Assembly (NCBI GenBank): GCA_031412695.1
Contig: JANODM010000225.1
Location: forward strand, 1-35,904
Direction: 5' to 3'
Length of the DNA stretch: 35,904 bases
Source: Alphaproteobacteria bacterium
GTDB lineage: Bacteria; Pseudomonadota; Alphaproteobacteria; Micavibrionales; SZUA-601
Shown: positions 8,380-17,534 of the stretch, piece after piece
Numbering within the stretch: the stretch's first letter is position 1
Layout of the letters: every line of letters begins with the position of its first letter
Position numbers and translations under genes: made by a program
The notes under the pieces: model-generated
What the model was told of the DNA's origin: nothing
Seen by the model: only the letters and a program-made list of their open reading frames with translations
The model's database searches: none

Positions 8380-11300
8380 TTACAGCAACGTATCCGTGCA
8401 TGGCGTCATCAAACCGTCATTCGAATAGCCGTTATAACTGCCGCCTCCGGGCTGTGCACCATAGGGAACACAATTGCTATTCGGATAAGAATACGGATTA
8501 CCTGTTCCCGGTGGTGCAAACAAAGGATTAGGTACATAGGTTGGCGGTACAACTTGTTGGCCTGGAGGGGCGTCGACATCCAAATACTCGACCGTGCAAG
8601 TCGGCGGCAAAGCTTGGTTGTTGAAGCCTAGATTCGGTACATCAAGACCGGGTGGTGTTCCCAAGGCAATCGGAACGCCCACGCCGTATTTCAACTCGCA
8701 GATTTGTCTGCCTGTTTCCTCATTCGGGATACCGCCGCCTGTGGATAGGCCCATGGCTTCGTACATTTGATCCATAGCATTATCCGCATATTCGAAAGCG
8801 TACAAGACTTGCCGATTACGGCGCGTGACCGGATCTGTGTACAATGATCTAACACCAGTACAATTAGCGGCTAAGAGAGAGCCTGCATCAATCCCCATAT
8901 AAAAGATTTTCGTATTGGGGAAATTCCGACCAATAATCCCGACCAACGAATCTTTTTGTCCTCTTGGGCGGACCATAGGAATTGGATAATTGAATACTTC
9001 GCGTTGAAAATCATCATTACCACGCGCGCGGCACCATTGTCTGCGTGTTGTTTCGTGTTCAATTCCATAGGATCTGCGAACGGCTGCAAGATCGATACGG
9101 GTAAATGTTTCTGTGTAATCCCAGTCGATGCAGAATCCCAAGATGCGGCGGTCGCAGCGTCGCGTTGTCAAGCGGCATTGATAGTCACTGGGAAGGTCGA
9201 CAGGTGCTTCGCAGAATTTATTGCTAAAGATTGTTGATCGGTCCGCTGGATCAGCAACACCGTTTGACATGACGACTAAACCTGCGGGCGCATTCGGATT
9301 AGCGCCCAATGTCGTCTGGATCAAATTTGTGATCGACGGATCAATCGATGAATAAAGCGGGTTATTGCCGCCTGTATAACTGCCGCGTGCATCGAATTTG
9401 TCTTTGATGCGTTCTTGCACCTGTTTCCACCAATAGGTTTGATCGACGTTTTGCGTGTTATTCAACGGATCCAAATCATTATCCAATGTAAGGGCAACGG
9501 GGCGTCTGCTGACCAGCGGATCAAAAGGACGGTCGACACGATTATTGATAAATTCGGAATAATACAGATTTACGCCATAGGGCAAATTCGTCAGCAAATT
9601 CGATCGTGTGAAATTATCGACAATTTGCATACGGTTTGCAAAAACAGAAAGCGGTAAGTAGGTTCTGTCAGGGAAAGGCATTGCATTCGTGGGCACGAAA
9701 GCATAGTCAAAGATACCGCCGCCAAGGCGCATGGCTGGTTCGCTGCCGTCAACGACACCGTTACCGTTCAAATCTTTGACGCGTGTCACGGCATCCGTGA
9801 TGCACACACCGGGGCAGGTTGACTGACAGGATAATAAAGGTCCGTTGCCATCAACATCTTCGGTGAGACCGAAATTAGATCCTTTCAACGTATCTTCGGA
9901 TGCATAGCTTTGAGCGCAGGATCCGTACATATCGTCTTGCACGACATTAGGATAGCAGTCCTGGCCGCGCATCAAGGCTGATTTCATGCGGTCGACGTTT
10001 TTTACATCGCTCAAACCGTCGATCATGATCTCTTCTTGGCGTCGCAATCCTGAGTCAATATAGCGTGCCGCGTCGGCCGCCAACGCATCATGTAGGCGCG
10101 TGCCTTCCTGGACCGGTTCATTTGCGGCAACCCAATTGGCCATGGTTTCGTCACGAATATTATCGCGGACGTTCGCGATATTTTGCCATGTTTTGGCGGC
10201 AACGCACGCTGCTTGGCGGCTTCCGGGTTTGAACAAATTGGCTATTGTCGCGCGGCACGATGTTTGGGTCGGCGTAATGGGGCGTCCGCCCATGGCCATG
10301 TTGGCGGAGCGGTCGACTACGACGGCGATCGCGCGGATTGGATCGCCTGCGGAACAGGTTTGACCCAACGCAAAACACCCCGTGACGGTCGGATTGTCGA
10401 CCATCAATTTATTGAATAAGGTTGTTGTAAATTGGCTGTCAAAGGCATAGGTGTCGATGATAGAATTTAAATTCGCATCGCTGGAAAAGAAATTCGCAGT
10501 CATCGTTGTACTGGGATCGCCTGGCGTCGGCGCTTTGGTGACGGTTTGCGTGCCGCCCAACAAATTTAAGGCATAATCACCCCATACGGTGCCGGTCGTC
10601 ACATTCGTTTCCGGCAAATTCGTATTTGGATCAATATAGTCATAGGCCATTGAGCTGACATTGACTCCGCCAACTTGTGTGGGGATGAGCGTGACAGGAT
10701 GACGCATGACCAAGCGTTTATTCGTAATCATCTTGCCTGTGCCTTCGAACGGTGTACCGACAGGGCATCTGTCTTCAAGCAATACTTCGTTCTTCTCGCA
10801 TTTCGCACCGACATAACCGACATTGAGAACAATGCCGGGGATGGTATTTTGACCGTTATTGCGCGTTACGGTACATTCTCTGCGTTGGACGCGGGCAATC
10901 ATTTGGCCTGTCCAGCCTTTACCGCAACTGCGATCATTCGGATCGGGAATAAAACGTGAGGTCGCCGCATCGAAAACCGGGTTCGACAATAATTCGTCTT
11001 CGCTGTTGTCGTTGTCGCATATGATCGTCGTGCCCATATCGCCGGGATTGACCGGGGCGCATACGTTACCGTCATCGATACATAAAATGTTGGTATTGGC
11101 ACCGGGCGTACCCAACAGACGTGCTTTCCAATCGGGCACGACCGCATTCGTCAATTCCAATTCAGTTAAATTATTCGGTGCAGCCGCGCCGCATTTTGTT
11201 ACGACGTCATTCGGTCTTCCGTCTTTGAATACTTTTGTCGTGATGACGCCGGGAACGCGGCGGCCATTATCATCGGGGCAAGATGACATCGTGATGGATG

Positions 11301-11802
11301 CGATTTCGCTTGAATCTTGAGGTATGATGTTGGCTGCAGCCGATGTCACGGTCAGTTCTAAAATCGGCGAGTTGACGGCGATATCGGTTATGGTTCCGCA
11401 ATCAGGAGGCGCGACGGTTTTCAAGCTGTCAGGTTTGAAGCGTTGTGATAAATCGCTTTTCATGCGTTCGGCCAAAGCACCCGGCAAGGCACCGCCCGAT
11501 GTTAGCGAGGATGTGTTCGGAATATACGAAACGACTTTGCGCGCGGCACCCACGCCGCATTCAATGGTTTTCAAATCAGCGGTGTTCACGATACGGCCCG
11601 GTGAGGCCAGTAATTGTTGCGCGGTGTTTGCCAAATCGGCAGCAGCTTTTTGGGCTTGCACGGTTTTTGCGGCCTCATCGGTTTGCGCCAGAACTTTTTT
11701 CTCGCGTTCTTCGTTACACGCAACCAAGGAAAAACAGATCGCGACCATACACAAGGTGTGTGCGATTCTGTTGGATAACAAATGTGACATGCGGCGTTTC
11801 AT
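8380..11802 (-). CDS. Very large (1140 aa) cysteine-rich putative lipoprotein, unknown function (possible vWA-like / Ca-loop adhesin-type protein)
   Basis: Uninterrupted 3.4-kb ORF. Lipobox MVAICFSLVAC|NEE. Many Cys residues. AIAVVVDRSANMA ... LVVMSNGVADPAD ... KIFYMGIDAG resembles a split vWA fold. Asp/Asn-Gly loops EDVDGNGPLL and KDLNGNGVVDGSE. Pro/Gly/Tyr-rich C-terminus. Confidence 0.8.
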   Translation of the reverse strand: MKRRMSHLLSNRIAHTLCMVAICFSLVACNEEREKKVLAQTDEAAKTVQAQKAAADLANTAQQLLASPGRIVNTADLKTIECGVGAARKVVSYIPNTSSLTSGGALPGALAERMKSDLSQRFKPDSLKTVAPPDCGTITDIAVNSPILELTVTSAAANIIPQDSSEIASITMSSCPDDNGRRVPGVITTKVFKDGRPNDVVTKCGAAAPNNLTELELTNAVVPDWKARLLGTPGANTNILCIDDGNVCAPVNPGDMGTTIICDNDNSEDELLSNPVFDAATSRFIPDPNDRSCGKGWTGQMIARVQRRECTVTRNNGQNTIPGIVLNVGYVGAKCEKNEVLLEDRCPVGTPFEGTGKMITNKRLVMRHPVTLIPTQVGGVNVSSMAYDYIDPNTNLPETNVTTGTVWGDYALNLLGGTQTVTKAPTPGDPSTTMTANFFSSDANLNSIIDTYAFDSQFTTTLFNKLMVDNPTVTGCFALGQTCSAGDPIRAIAVVVDRSANMAMGGRPITPTQTSCRATIANLFKPGSRQAACVAAKTWQNIANVRDNIRDETMANWVAANEPVQEGTRLHDALAADAARYIDSGLRRQEEIMIDGLSDVKNVDRMKSALMRGQDCYPNVVQDDMYGSCAQSYASEDTLKGSNFGLTEDVDGNGPLLSCQSTCPGVCITDAVTRVKDLNGNGVVDGSEPAMRLGGGIFDYAFVPTNAMPFPDRTYLPLSVFANRMQIVDNFTRSNLLTNLPYGVNLYYSEFINNRVDRPFDPLVSRRPVALTLDNDLDPLNNTQNVDQTYWWKQVQERIKDKFDARGSYTGGNNPLYSSIDPSITNLIQTTLGANPNAPAGLVVMSNGVADPADRSTIFSNKFCEAPVDLPSDYQCRLTTRRCDRRILGFCIDWDYTETFTRIDLAAVRRSYGIEHETTRRQWCRARGNDDFQREVFNYPIPMVRPRGQKDSLVGIIGRNFPNTKIFYMGIDAGSLLAANCTGVRSLYTDPVTRRNRQVLYAFEYADNAMDQMYEAMGLSTGGGIPNEETGRQICELKYGVGVPIALGTPPGLDVPNLGFNNQALPPTCTVEYLDVDAPPGQQVVPPTYVPNPLFAPPGTGNPYSYPNSNCVPYGAQPGGGSYNGYSNDGLMTPCTDTLL

Positions 11803-11927
11803 GGCGAGTCCCGTCCTTGAGGCTAAGGGTACGATTTATTATGGCATATATTTGATTAAAATTTTATCTATTTCTTTTAGCGCGTGAAGTTTAATTTCAG
11901 TTTAACGCGTAATATCAACAAGATCGA

Positions 11928-12827
11928 TTAATTTTGGGGCGAAGAGTTTAGGGCGATTTCCAAGGTCAGATGACCGATGCCGAAACGACTTGTTAATTCC
12001 GACCGAAGCACACGACGCAGATCTTCGGTATCGGTGCCCGGCACGGTCGAGACAAAAGCATTTAATGCTGTTTTTGAAGTACTTAATGGCCATATATGTA
12101 AGGAAGTAAGGCCCTCGACCCCCGGCTGGCTTCGGATAAAGGCGTCGATGGCGTCGCGGTCGATCGAGGTGGGCTTGCCATCCAGGGCTAAAATGGCGGC
12201 CTCGCGCAAGACCGGCCATGACCCCCATAAAATGACAGCGGCGATCAGGACGCTTACGACCGGGTCCAGCCAGGACCACGCCGTATAGGCCATCGCGATG
12301 GCGGTGATGACCACCCCGGCCGAGATTACCGCGTCGGCCACCATATGAATCATCGCACCCTTGATGTTGATGTCATTTTGGTTTTTCGAAAGCAACCACG
12401 CGGTCGACCCGTTGATAATAATGCCCAATGTCGCGACTGCACCGACAATAAGCGGTGCGGGACTGGCGGGTTCGAAAAAACGATTCAAGGCTTCAAAAAT
12501 AATCCAGGCCGATGATCCGACCAAGGTGACGCCGTTGAATAGAGCTGCGAAAATCGATACGCGCCCCATACCAAAGCTGAAACGCGACGAGGGGTTCATA
12601 TCGCGTTGCGATAAATGATACCCCAACCACGCAAATAGTAACGCCAAGACATCGCCAAGGTTATGCGCAGCATCGGCAATCAAAGCGAGAGAGTGCGTAT
12701 AAAATCCGAAACCGAATTCCACCGCGACAAACGCCGCGTTTAGGCTTGCGCCGATAGCGAAACCGCGATGAAAATTTTTAGGGCTGTGATGCGAACAGGA
12801 TGCGTTCGGTGCATGGGAATGGACCAT
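11928..12827 (-). CDS. Cation diffusion facilitator family metal efflux transporter (CzcD/ZitB-like)
   Basis: His-rich N-terminus MVHSHAPNASCSHHS, TM2 HSLALIADAAHNLGDV and TM5 IHMVADAVIS (the HxxxD pairs), and a C-terminal cytoplasmic domain. Confidence 0.9.
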   Translation of the reverse strand: MVHSHAPNASCSHHSPKNFHRGFAIGASLNAAFVAVEFGFGFYTHSLALIADAAHNLGDVLALLFAWLGYHLSQRDMNPSSRFSFGMGRVSIFAALFNGVTLVGSSAWIIFEALNRFFEPASPAPLIVGAVATLGIIINGSTAWLLSKNQNDINIKGAMIHMVADAVISAGVVITAIAMAYTAWSWLDPVVSVLIAAVILWGSWPVLREAAILALDGKPTSIDRDAIDAFIRSQPGVEGLTSLHIWPLSTSKTALNAFVSTVPGTDTEDLRRVLRSELTSRFGIGHLTLEIALNSSPQN

Positions 12828-12896
12828 GCAAGCATGTCAACAGAAAAAGCGAGTTTTGTATAGTTGAAAAGTATAATCTGCAAAGACTAGGCTAAA

Positions 12897-13580
12897 TTAC
12901 GTTGGTTTGTAACCACCCGGTTTTTTCGGCTGATCGTTATCATCCGGGTCTTTTGTATCATCATCTAAATCTTCTGTATCGTCATCCGGGTCTTCGAATA
13001 TATCGTTATCAAATTTATCAGGTATCGTTTCATACGGATTTGCAGGTGTGATGATTACTCGATTCGGGTTCTCGCCTTCCATCATATCTCTAAGCTTCAT
13101 ATCACGCAGCATCATTTGATGACGTATCCAGTTCATTGCTGTAAGGCCACGGGATATATCCTTGTCCTTTAGATTAGTATTTCTAACCTGGATTGATGTT
13201 GGCGGGATTTGTTTTGAGGCAAGAATAGTATTCCTGATACGAGACTTTTTTTCCAACAATTCTTGTAATTTTTTTTCTAATTTATCATCATAAAGACCCG
13301 CCGTGTCATCCGATTCTCCTTTCAAAATAGGGTCCCATTTTTCCTCCCATTTTTCTTGAGTAAGATCGTCGTGTTTTTCCTGAACAAGGTGAAAGAATAC
13401 CTGTCCTAGAGGAAGCGGACCATTCGGATCTAATGTGAGATCGGCTTGGACCCGATCAGCGATTTTGTTTGTCAAAGGACGCATGGCATTAACATCGCTG
13501 CCTTGATCTCTCAAGATAAAGCCGATGGCTTCGTAAATATCGTCATCGCGAAGATTAAAAGGTTCAATTTTATCGGTCAT
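12897..13580 (-). CDS. Tandem-array paralog 1 (unknown family; long acidic C-terminal extension)
   Basis: 227 aa. N-terminal block DDIYEAIGFILRD is shared with the other array members. C-terminal tract EDPDDDTEDLDDDTKDPDDNDQPKKPGGYKPT. Confidence 0.7.
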   Translation of the reverse strand: MTDKIEPFNLRDDDIYEAIGFILRDQGSDVNAMRPLTNKIADRVQADLTLDPNGPLPLGQVFFHLVQEKHDDLTQEKWEEKWDPILKGESDDTAGLYDDKLEKKLQELLEKKSRIRNTILASKQIPPTSIQVRNTNLKDKDISRGLTAMNWIRHQMMLRDMKLRDMMEGENPNRVIITPANPYETIPDKFDNDIFEDPDDDTEDLDDDTKDPDDNDQPKKPGGYKPT

Positions 13581-13622
13581 ATCGAGAAAGATACGGCAAA
13601 AAAATTAAAAAACCAATCATGA

Positions 13623-14192
13623 TTAGTAAATTTCGGGTTTTTGTTTGCTACGAACAGCCCACGGTTGCGTTGTTTTCAATATCGGATCTTTATCTTGTAA
13701 AAACAGATTGATGCTTAGGGCATCCGCTTTGGCTTGATCTTTACGTTTCAAAACCTGATGTTGCACCATAGAATGAAAATGTGTGCCGTTGAACGCATAA
13801 GGGTCATTGAGCCGATCGCTTTTGCTGAATAATGTATCTTCGACTGGCTCTGCTTTTTTAGCTGCCAAAAGATTTTTCCGTACGTCCTCTGGCATTGGGT
13901 TTATGACGGGCCATGTCTCTCGTGCCAGATCGTCCCCGAAATGTACTGTTAGTGGTTCCCACATCTCGCATGTTAGTCTGTGCAACATTTCGGCTTCACT
14001 AATGAAAATATCTTCTTCGTTGGAAGGGTCTTGATAGATGTCGTTGCCGATTTTCGCGGCCAGATTTTCCAAATCGTTGCGATTATAGACTTGATTGTCG
14101 GCAAAACCAAAAAGGACCCAGCCGGTTGCGCGGTACATTTGATGACGCGTCATCGTATGTTTTTGAGGGGTGATATCGGATTTGATCGGCAT
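13623..14192 (-). CDS. Tandem-array paralog 2 (unknown family)
   Basis: 189 aa. Blocks RATGWVLFGF, MWEPLTVHFGDDLARETWPV, MPEDVRKNLLAAKK. Confidence 0.8.
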   Translation of the reverse strand: MPIKSDITPQKHTMTRHQMYRATGWVLFGFADNQVYNRNDLENLAAKIGNDIYQDPSNEEDIFISEAEMLHRLTCEMWEPLTVHFGDDLARETWPVINPMPEDVRKNLLAAKKAEPVEDTLFSKSDRLNDPYAFNGTHFHSMVQHQVLKRKDQAKADALSINLFLQDKDPILKTTQPWAVRSKQKPEIY

Positions 14193-14235
14193 ACGCTAAG
14201 CCTATCGTATCATGTGCTAAAAGGCAAATGAATGG

Positions 14236-14799
14236 TCACGTCGGTCCACGATTAGCCCAGTGTTGACGAATTGGCATCTCAGGGTTATCGAAGGCCGTAT
14301 CCTGTAAAAATTGCGTGATGGTATTTTGCACAGAAGCTTCATATTTTCTGTCGCGAAGTTGTTTTGATACCAAACAAAAAAACCGTATTCCCACTTTTGC
14401 ATGAAGATCTGTGTCACAGGCCTTTGTATTATAAGCATCGTATAGATGCGGCGCTTCGTCTTCGGCAGCGAAAATATTCTCGCGCACGTCAGCAGGCATC
14501 ACTTCCATAACAGGATAAGTTTCGCGTGCCAAATCATCACCGAAATGTGCTGTAAGATCGTTCCACATACTGTTGGCTACAAGATGGATGATGTCGCCGT
14601 CTATGAAATCGGAATTAGGTTGTGCGGCGATTTCATCGTAAATATGATTGCCAAGGTCTTCGGCTAATTCCGTGATCCCTTTGTCGTCATACGTATCGCC
14701 GTGAATTGATTCGAATAATAACCACCCCAACGCCTGATGCATCTGAAAATAACTCATGCGGTTGATTTTGCGGCGTCCGGGTTCGGGAATAGGGGTCAT
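14236..14799 (-). CDS. Tandem-array paralog 3 (unknown family)
   Basis: 187 aa. Blocks QALGWLLFES, MWNDLTAHFGDDLARETYPV, MPADVRENIFAAED. 25/41 identical to paralog 2 over the core block. Confidence 0.8.
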   Translation of the reverse strand: MTPIPEPGRRKINRMSYFQMHQALGWLLFESIHGDTYDDKGITELAEDLGNHIYDEIAAQPNSDFIDGDIIHLVANSMWNDLTAHFGDDLARETYPVMEVMPADVRENIFAAEDEAPHLYDAYNTKACDTDLHAKVGIRFFCLVSKQLRDRKYEASVQNTITQFLQDTAFDNPEMPIRQHWANRGPT

Positions 14800-14831
14800 G
14801 ATATCACATCAAAAAAACAAAAAAAGAAGGG

Positions 14832-15353
14832 TCAATCAAATAAGCGTTTAGGCGGTTTTTTTTGATCAGGTATCGATGTCACATTGGCAAGAAAGTTTTC
14901 GACAGCATCTCGTCGATTGTCGACATACTCGCATACGCTTGAAATAAACGTAACGCCGCGCATCGCCAAGTTGTCATCTAAAGATGGTTTATGTGCTTCA
15001 TCGGTTGGTTGCAACACGCCATTTTTTGCAGCGATCATATTTTTGATGATATCGTCGGGAAGCAGGACCGGCGGTTTCGAGTGAAGATCGATCGCTTGCA
15101 AATCGGGCCCGAAACATCTGGTCAGTTGCGGCCATTGTTGCTCGACTACATGGGACAAGACAGATTTTTCAGAAATCGTTTTTTCCGTCCATTTACGCGA
15201 GGAATCGTTGCACAGCGCATGACCGACGCGTGCAGCCAAATCCTCTTGTTCAGGATAATAGCGGATTGTGCACAAGGCCCAGCCGATCGTTTCTTGAATC
15301 TGTCGATGGCTAATCGTGTAAGATTGTTTGTCGGGTGTCGGGTCAATCAGCAT
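14832..15353 (-). CDS. Tandem-array paralog 4 (unknown family)
   Basis: 173 aa. Blocks ETIGWALCTI, QWPQLTRCFGPDLQAID, LPDDIIKNMIAAKN. Confidence 0.75.
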   Translation of the reverse strand: MLIDPTPDKQSYTISHRQIQETIGWALCTIRYYPEQEDLAARVGHALCNDSSRKWTEKTISEKSVLSHVVEQQWPQLTRCFGPDLQAIDLHSKPPVLLPDDIIKNMIAAKNGVLQPTDEAHKPSLDDNLAMRGVTFISSVCEYVDNRRDAVENFLANVTSIPDQKKPPKRLFD

Positions 15354-15411
15354 GATATGAAACTATTTTTGAACGGATAGGAAATAAAAACGCAATTTAT
15401 ATTACAAACAT

Positions 15412-15975
15412 CTAAGCAAGTTTAGGCGGCTTCATAGTAGTCAAAGACGGCTTTTCATCTGTCTTATTTGCTGAAGGATCGCTGTTTAAAAAGCCGTGCA
15501 ATGCTTTTTGGCATTTCTTTCTGGCACGTTCTTCACCGTTCAAGCGGCGTTGGAAATTTAAACCCTCTACAATGTACGGATCACGCGTTTGCAGTATTTT
15601 TACTTCGCGATCAGTACGTGGCTGTTTCGAACTCATAATCGGGGGAACTTGTTTTGCTGATATGGCAAAGTCTCGCACATAATCGGGCATTCTGTCGGCA
15701 TACTCCGTTTCGCTCATGGCCAGTTCCGCGCCGTAATAAGTCGAAAAACGCGGCCACATAACATTCGCCAATGCATGAAGCATGACGCCTTGCCTGTTTC
15801 CTCGAGCTTCTTTGCGGTGTTCGATCCGTTTCACCTCATCAGTTACTTTGCCAACGATGCGATTCATATCGCACTCATCGCTAACCAGTCCTACCAGTAA
15901 ACGGCCGGTGGTTTTTTGTATGTCTAAAGCAGTCATATCCAAAGGTTGTGCGGGGGTTTTCGTTGTATCATTCAT
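15412..15975 (-). CDS. Tandem-array paralog 5 (unknown family)
   Basis: 187 aa. GGAG 7 nt upstream of the ATG. Blocks KTTGRLLVGL, MWPRFSTYYGAELAMSE, MPDYVRDFAISAKQ. Confidence 0.75.
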   Translation of the reverse strand: MNDTTKTPAQPLDMTALDIQKTTGRLLVGLVSDECDMNRIVGKVTDEVKRIEHRKEARGNRQGVMLHALANVMWPRFSTYYGAELAMSETEYADRMPDYVRDFAISAKQVPPIMSSKQPRTDREVKILQTRDPYIVEGLNFQRRLNGEERARKKCQKALHGFLNSDPSANKTDEKPSLTTMKPPKLA

Positions 15976-16014
15976 TTTTTTCTCCGCGTCGGCAAATGTT
16001 CAGGGGGGCAGTTT

Positions 16015-16455
16015 TTAGAATAAAATCGATATTTTCGGTGTAGTTTGGCGGCGGTAACGTTCCTCACGCACTTGCTGGCACAGATTGTCGCCCGCCATCA
16101 TTTCATCGGAAATAGTGTGAGAGCCGTTCCCTGCCTGGGTGCCTCGCATTCTTTTCTTTAAAATGATCTTGTTCTCGCGGGCTGCCAAAATAATGTCGCA
16201 AATAGGATCGGGCATCGTGGCGTCGATCCGCGTATCATGCGCCAGATAAGACAGAATTTCCGCTTCATCCACAGGACTGGTTTGCGCATCACGGCGCACT
16301 TTTTTTGCATCGACCTGATTGCACAGATGACTGACCAACGACGTCATTTCTTTCGCGTTGGCCGCCATGCTGCGAATGCACCAACCGATCGCGGTCTGCG
16401 CATCTTCCGGGGTGATATAAAGGTCTTGTGTCGATTGCGGGGCTGGACGATTCAT
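16015..16455 (-). CDS. Tandem-array paralog 6 (unknown family; shortened, lacks the FG-x-DL block)
   Basis: 146 aa. Blocks TAIGWCIRSM and MPDPICDIILAAREN are present; the central W..L...FG.DL block is absent. Confidence 0.7.
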   Translation of the reverse strand: MNRPAPQSTQDLYITPEDAQTAIGWCIRSMAANAKEMTSLVSHLCNQVDAKKVRRDAQTSPVDEAEILSYLAHDTRIDATMPDPICDIILAARENKIILKKRMRGTQAGNGSHTISDEMMAGDNLCQQVREERYRRQTTPKISILF

Positions 16456-16478
16456 TTTTTATTTTTCTTTAGTGTGAA

Positions 16479-16973
16479 TCAGAGGGGTTGCGGTCGGCTT
16501 TCCACGGTTAAATCATGCGTTTGCACAGTCATGTTCGCACGCATGGCTTCTTCGGCGCGCGCGGCACGTTTTCTTTTAACGCGATTTGTTAATTGAGTGA
16601 AAAAAATCTCGCCGTCTGCGATAGGCTTTGTTGCTAAAGCCATGTCTTCTTTTTGAGTAATGGGAGGCTGAACAAGCTCGGGCGGATTAAATACTGCATC
16701 TTCGATATTTGTATATACATGGGTAGGAATTTTTTGAGTCTTCAAATTGTTTAAGCGTTCTTTGGCCATCACATGAACGGCGTCACCAAGATACACGCCG
16801 CGCATGTGGCCATGCGGTCCGTCAAGAATTCCATCGGCAACTTTGTCCAATAGATCATCTCTCTCGTCTAATCCTTCTAGGCTTAAGGGGGGAACCATGT
16901 AACCCAACATTTCGAGCATTTTTAACTTACGCATCTGTATACCTAGCGGTAGGGGAGGATGTGATTGGGTCAT
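16479..16973 (-). CDS. Tandem-array paralog 7 (unknown family; most divergent)
   Basis: 164 aa. Only the N-terminal block is recognisable (LKMLEMLGYMV, LLDKVADGIL, AVHVMAKERL). Same strand and spacing as its neighbours. Confidence 0.6.
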   Translation of the reverse strand: MTQSHPPLPLGIQMRKLKMLEMLGYMVPPLSLEGLDERDDLLDKVADGILDGPHGHMRGVYLGDAVHVMAKERLNNLKTQKIPTHVYTNIEDAVFNPPELVQPPITQKEDMALATKPIADGEIFFTQLTNRVKRKRAARAEEAMRANMTVQTHDLTVESRPQPL

Positions 16974-17024
16974 AAACTAAGCCTATAAGAGCGAGGGGTT
17001 GAGAGACAAGAGGATTATTTGGGT

Positions 17025-17534
17025 TCAGGTCGGGCGGTATAGAGGAGAAGGTGGATCACGTTCGTCAATCAGAGTATTTAAAAGTTTTGTCGTTAAGCGA
17101 GTAGCTTCCCAGCGTAAGAATACTTCATGATAAAAGCGCGTACCTTTCAACAATCTAGGATCAGAGCCTTGTCCTAGTGACGTAGACTCTATTGCAGGCA
17201 TGTAGTTGGGTTTTGTTCGGTCAGCCAATAAAAGGAGGGGAGTAACGAATTCTGGAATTGTTTCGTTTAATTCGGTTTCTTTTTTTAAATCGTTACCAAA
17301 TTTTTCTTTCAATTTCGGCAACAATGCTTTTCCGGCCAGGTGCAGAACCAGACCATGATCAGGGCAGGATTTTAAAACATTGTTTGAATCTAACCATATC
17401 GCATCGGAGATATTTTCGTACAACTCATCCATATTGATTGTGTCGATGGCATCATCGTCTGCCAAACAACCAAGCGCGAAAAAAATTTCATGTTGATTAG
17501 CATCTGGACCGTCGGGAGGCATTATATTTGTCAT
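17025..17534 (-). CDS. Tandem-array paralog 8 (unknown family)
   Basis: Blocks EIFFALGCLAD, LLPKLKEKFGNDLKKETEL, IPEFVTPLLLLAD. ATG 17534 (MTNIMPPDG) is preferred over the TTG at 17570 that opens the ORF; ATG 17522 is also possible. Confidence 0.7.
   Translation of the reverse strand: MTNIMPPDGPDANQHEIFFALGCLADDDAIDTINMDELYENISDAIWLDSNNVLKSCPDHGLVLHLAGKALLPKLKEKFGNDLKKETELNETIPEFVTPLLLLADRTKPNYMPAIESTSLGQGSDPRLLKGTRFYHEVFLRWEATRLTTKLLNTLIDERDPPSPLYRPT

Noticed and set aside
11324-11887. Plus-strand ORFs of 187 and 136 aa overlapping the 5' end of the 1140-aa lipoprotein gene, plus other internal ORFs between 8365 and 11320.
   Set aside because: They are embedded in a single uninterrupted 3.4-kb minus-strand ORF that has a proper lipoprotein signal. 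The alternatives have no start context or features.
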